Position numbers and translations under genes: made by a program. Of a DNA stretch of 64,000 bases, positions 62,401 through 64,000 are shown in pieces. Where the stretch lies: the NCBI GenBank assembly GCA_958009085.1, contig OY253676.1, positions 496,001-560,000 of the forward strand, in the 5' to 3' direction. Below the pieces are notes generated by a model. It saw only the letters and a program-made list of their open reading frames with translations. It did not search any database and was not told the DNA's origin. The number at the start of each line of letters is the position of its first letter. Position 1 is the first letter of the stretch. Source of the stretch: Protoeuglena noctilucae. Lineage: Eukaryota.

Positions 62401-64000
62401 GTCAACTTCGCTCCTCGCGCAGACATGTCGTCGCTGGAGCCAGACAGGGCCGACATCCCGCTCGTCTACACGTCCCCGTACCAAGTCCCCTTCCCCGCCA
62501 GGAACAAACACCAAACGGAGACCCACCCGGCCCTCCCGCCCCTCCTCCACGACCACCGCTCCTCGCGCGCCCTCCACCCGGGCAACTTCGCCGGCGGCCC
62601 AAGCGCGCGCTTCGACTTGGCCGCGTCCCAACTGCGCCAGTCCGCCGACGAGTCGCCGCTCCCGTTCATCCGAGGAGCGACGTCCTCCACGCTCGCCCCC
62701 TCGTCGGGCGCCAAGGCGGCATCGCCCGCGGCCAGCCACACGCTCCCAGCGGCACCCTCGCCCCGCGTCATGAAGAGCCATGCAGGGACCCCGGGGACGC
62801 CCACCTCACCAGCACCGAACGGCGCGTCGCCGGGAATGGCATGGTCCGGGGGTCCCCACAGCCCCAGTCCCGTTCTGGGCCAGGACCTCTCCTTCGCGCC
62901 GCTGTTCGCGCGGCGCCCCAACGGCCCCGCGAGCCACGACTCGCCCGCGCGGCTCGGGCAGCTGTCGCCGGGGGGGCTTCTGATGATGGGCGCGGGAGGC
63001 GGGGGTGCCAACGCCAGCGCCCTGGGACTGCAGGGCATCCGCGGCGATGCCGTGTCCGCACATGACGGGTCCCCGCTTCCGCAGTTCCCGAGCATCCCGG
63101 ACCGCGACGCCCGCCCCGTCCGCGCCGCGGCCTCGCAAAGCACGATCCGGCTGGCGCCCCGGGCACTGCCGGCCAAGGCAGCCTCGGCGGTGGGGCCTCG
63201 CGGGTCGGCGGCTCTGGGCCCCGGCAGGGCGCTTCACGCATCGTCGGACGCCCCTCGTGGCGCGTGGGGTACCGTGGCTGGCCGGGGGGTTCACGGGGGC
63301 CCAGGGGAGGCTCGCGGGGTCCCGGTCAAGGCGGCGACGGCGGCGTTGGGGAGCCGCGTGCTGGCCATGGAGCCTTCCGATGCCGGGAGGGCGCCGTGGG
63401 GGGCGAGGAGCGAGGCGGCGCTGGGGCGAAGCAGCGCGGGGATCGGGGACGGCGACGTGGCACGTGCGGAGGGCGGCGCTGGCGAGGGTGGGCTTCATGA
63501 TGCGATCGCGGAGGGCGCGGCGGAGGCGGGGCGGCTGGCCCGGCAGCGGTCTCTGAGCGAGTCGGGGGGAGCGACGGCGAGCGACATGGCGACGCTGGCA
63601 GAGGTGGTGGCGGAACAGGCGAAGATCGCATCTCCCGAGTCCTTGACGGGAGCAGAAGCGCCGCAGGGCGATGGGGAGGGCGCTGATTCGCGAAGGGACG
63701 TCCTGGCGAGGATGGCGGCGCAGTTGGAGGTTGGGACGCTCGCTTCTGTGCAGGTGAGGGGCGAGATGGGGGCGGAGAGGTGACATGCGAGGTGCGGCCG
63801 GAGAGGTGACAGCGAGGGTGGTAAGTCACAGTCACAGTCAGGCTGGGAGGCATCTGCATGATGGGCGTGACTCGCTCCTTTGCAGGGCAACGCGTCGTAC
63901 CGCAACCTGGGAGCGGGGCAGTCGTGGAAGTCCAACTCCTCCGGCCACAGCTTCCGAAGCCGGGAGTCAAGCAGCCGCTCGCTGGCGCTTCACCAGAGCA
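59445..64000 (+). CDS. Large low-complexity protein with IQ motif and charged single-alpha-helix/coiled coil; runs off the window
   Basis: AAAVIQTYARRWLAAR (IQ motif) followed by an E/R-rich helix in ORF 61636-63783; multiple GT-AG exons; start uncertain. Confidence 0.6.

Overview
Eukaryotic, very GC-rich, gene-dense nuclear DNA with short spliceosomal introns. Plastid and mitochondrial functions (Toc75, SQD2, FLAP1, YaaW-like, ISU1) point to a green alga; the species cannot be determined from the sequence. I reconstructed 26 protein-coding genes by manually splicing exons. They are mostly housekeeping genes and mostly alternate in strand. No rRNA, tRNA, CRISPR or mobile element is supportable. 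Most notable observations: (1) a likely bicistronic mL41 to PHO80-type cyclin unit, with a 9-nt in-frame gap, an AUG-free first ORF and weak-then-strong start contexts; (2) about 17 apparent GC-AG introns, 4 of 5 in one gene, plus one candidate GA-AG intron; (3) an intron-rich, bacterial-type C5 DNA methyltransferase fused to CxxCxxC zinc and Tudor-like modules, whose first intron appears to end in AA; (4) a RING-HC plus multipass membrane protein missed by the ORF track; (5) a transit-peptide-bearing RavA-type MoxR ATPase. Exon boundaries and several start codons are manual inferences; family calls rest on recalled motifs, not database searches.
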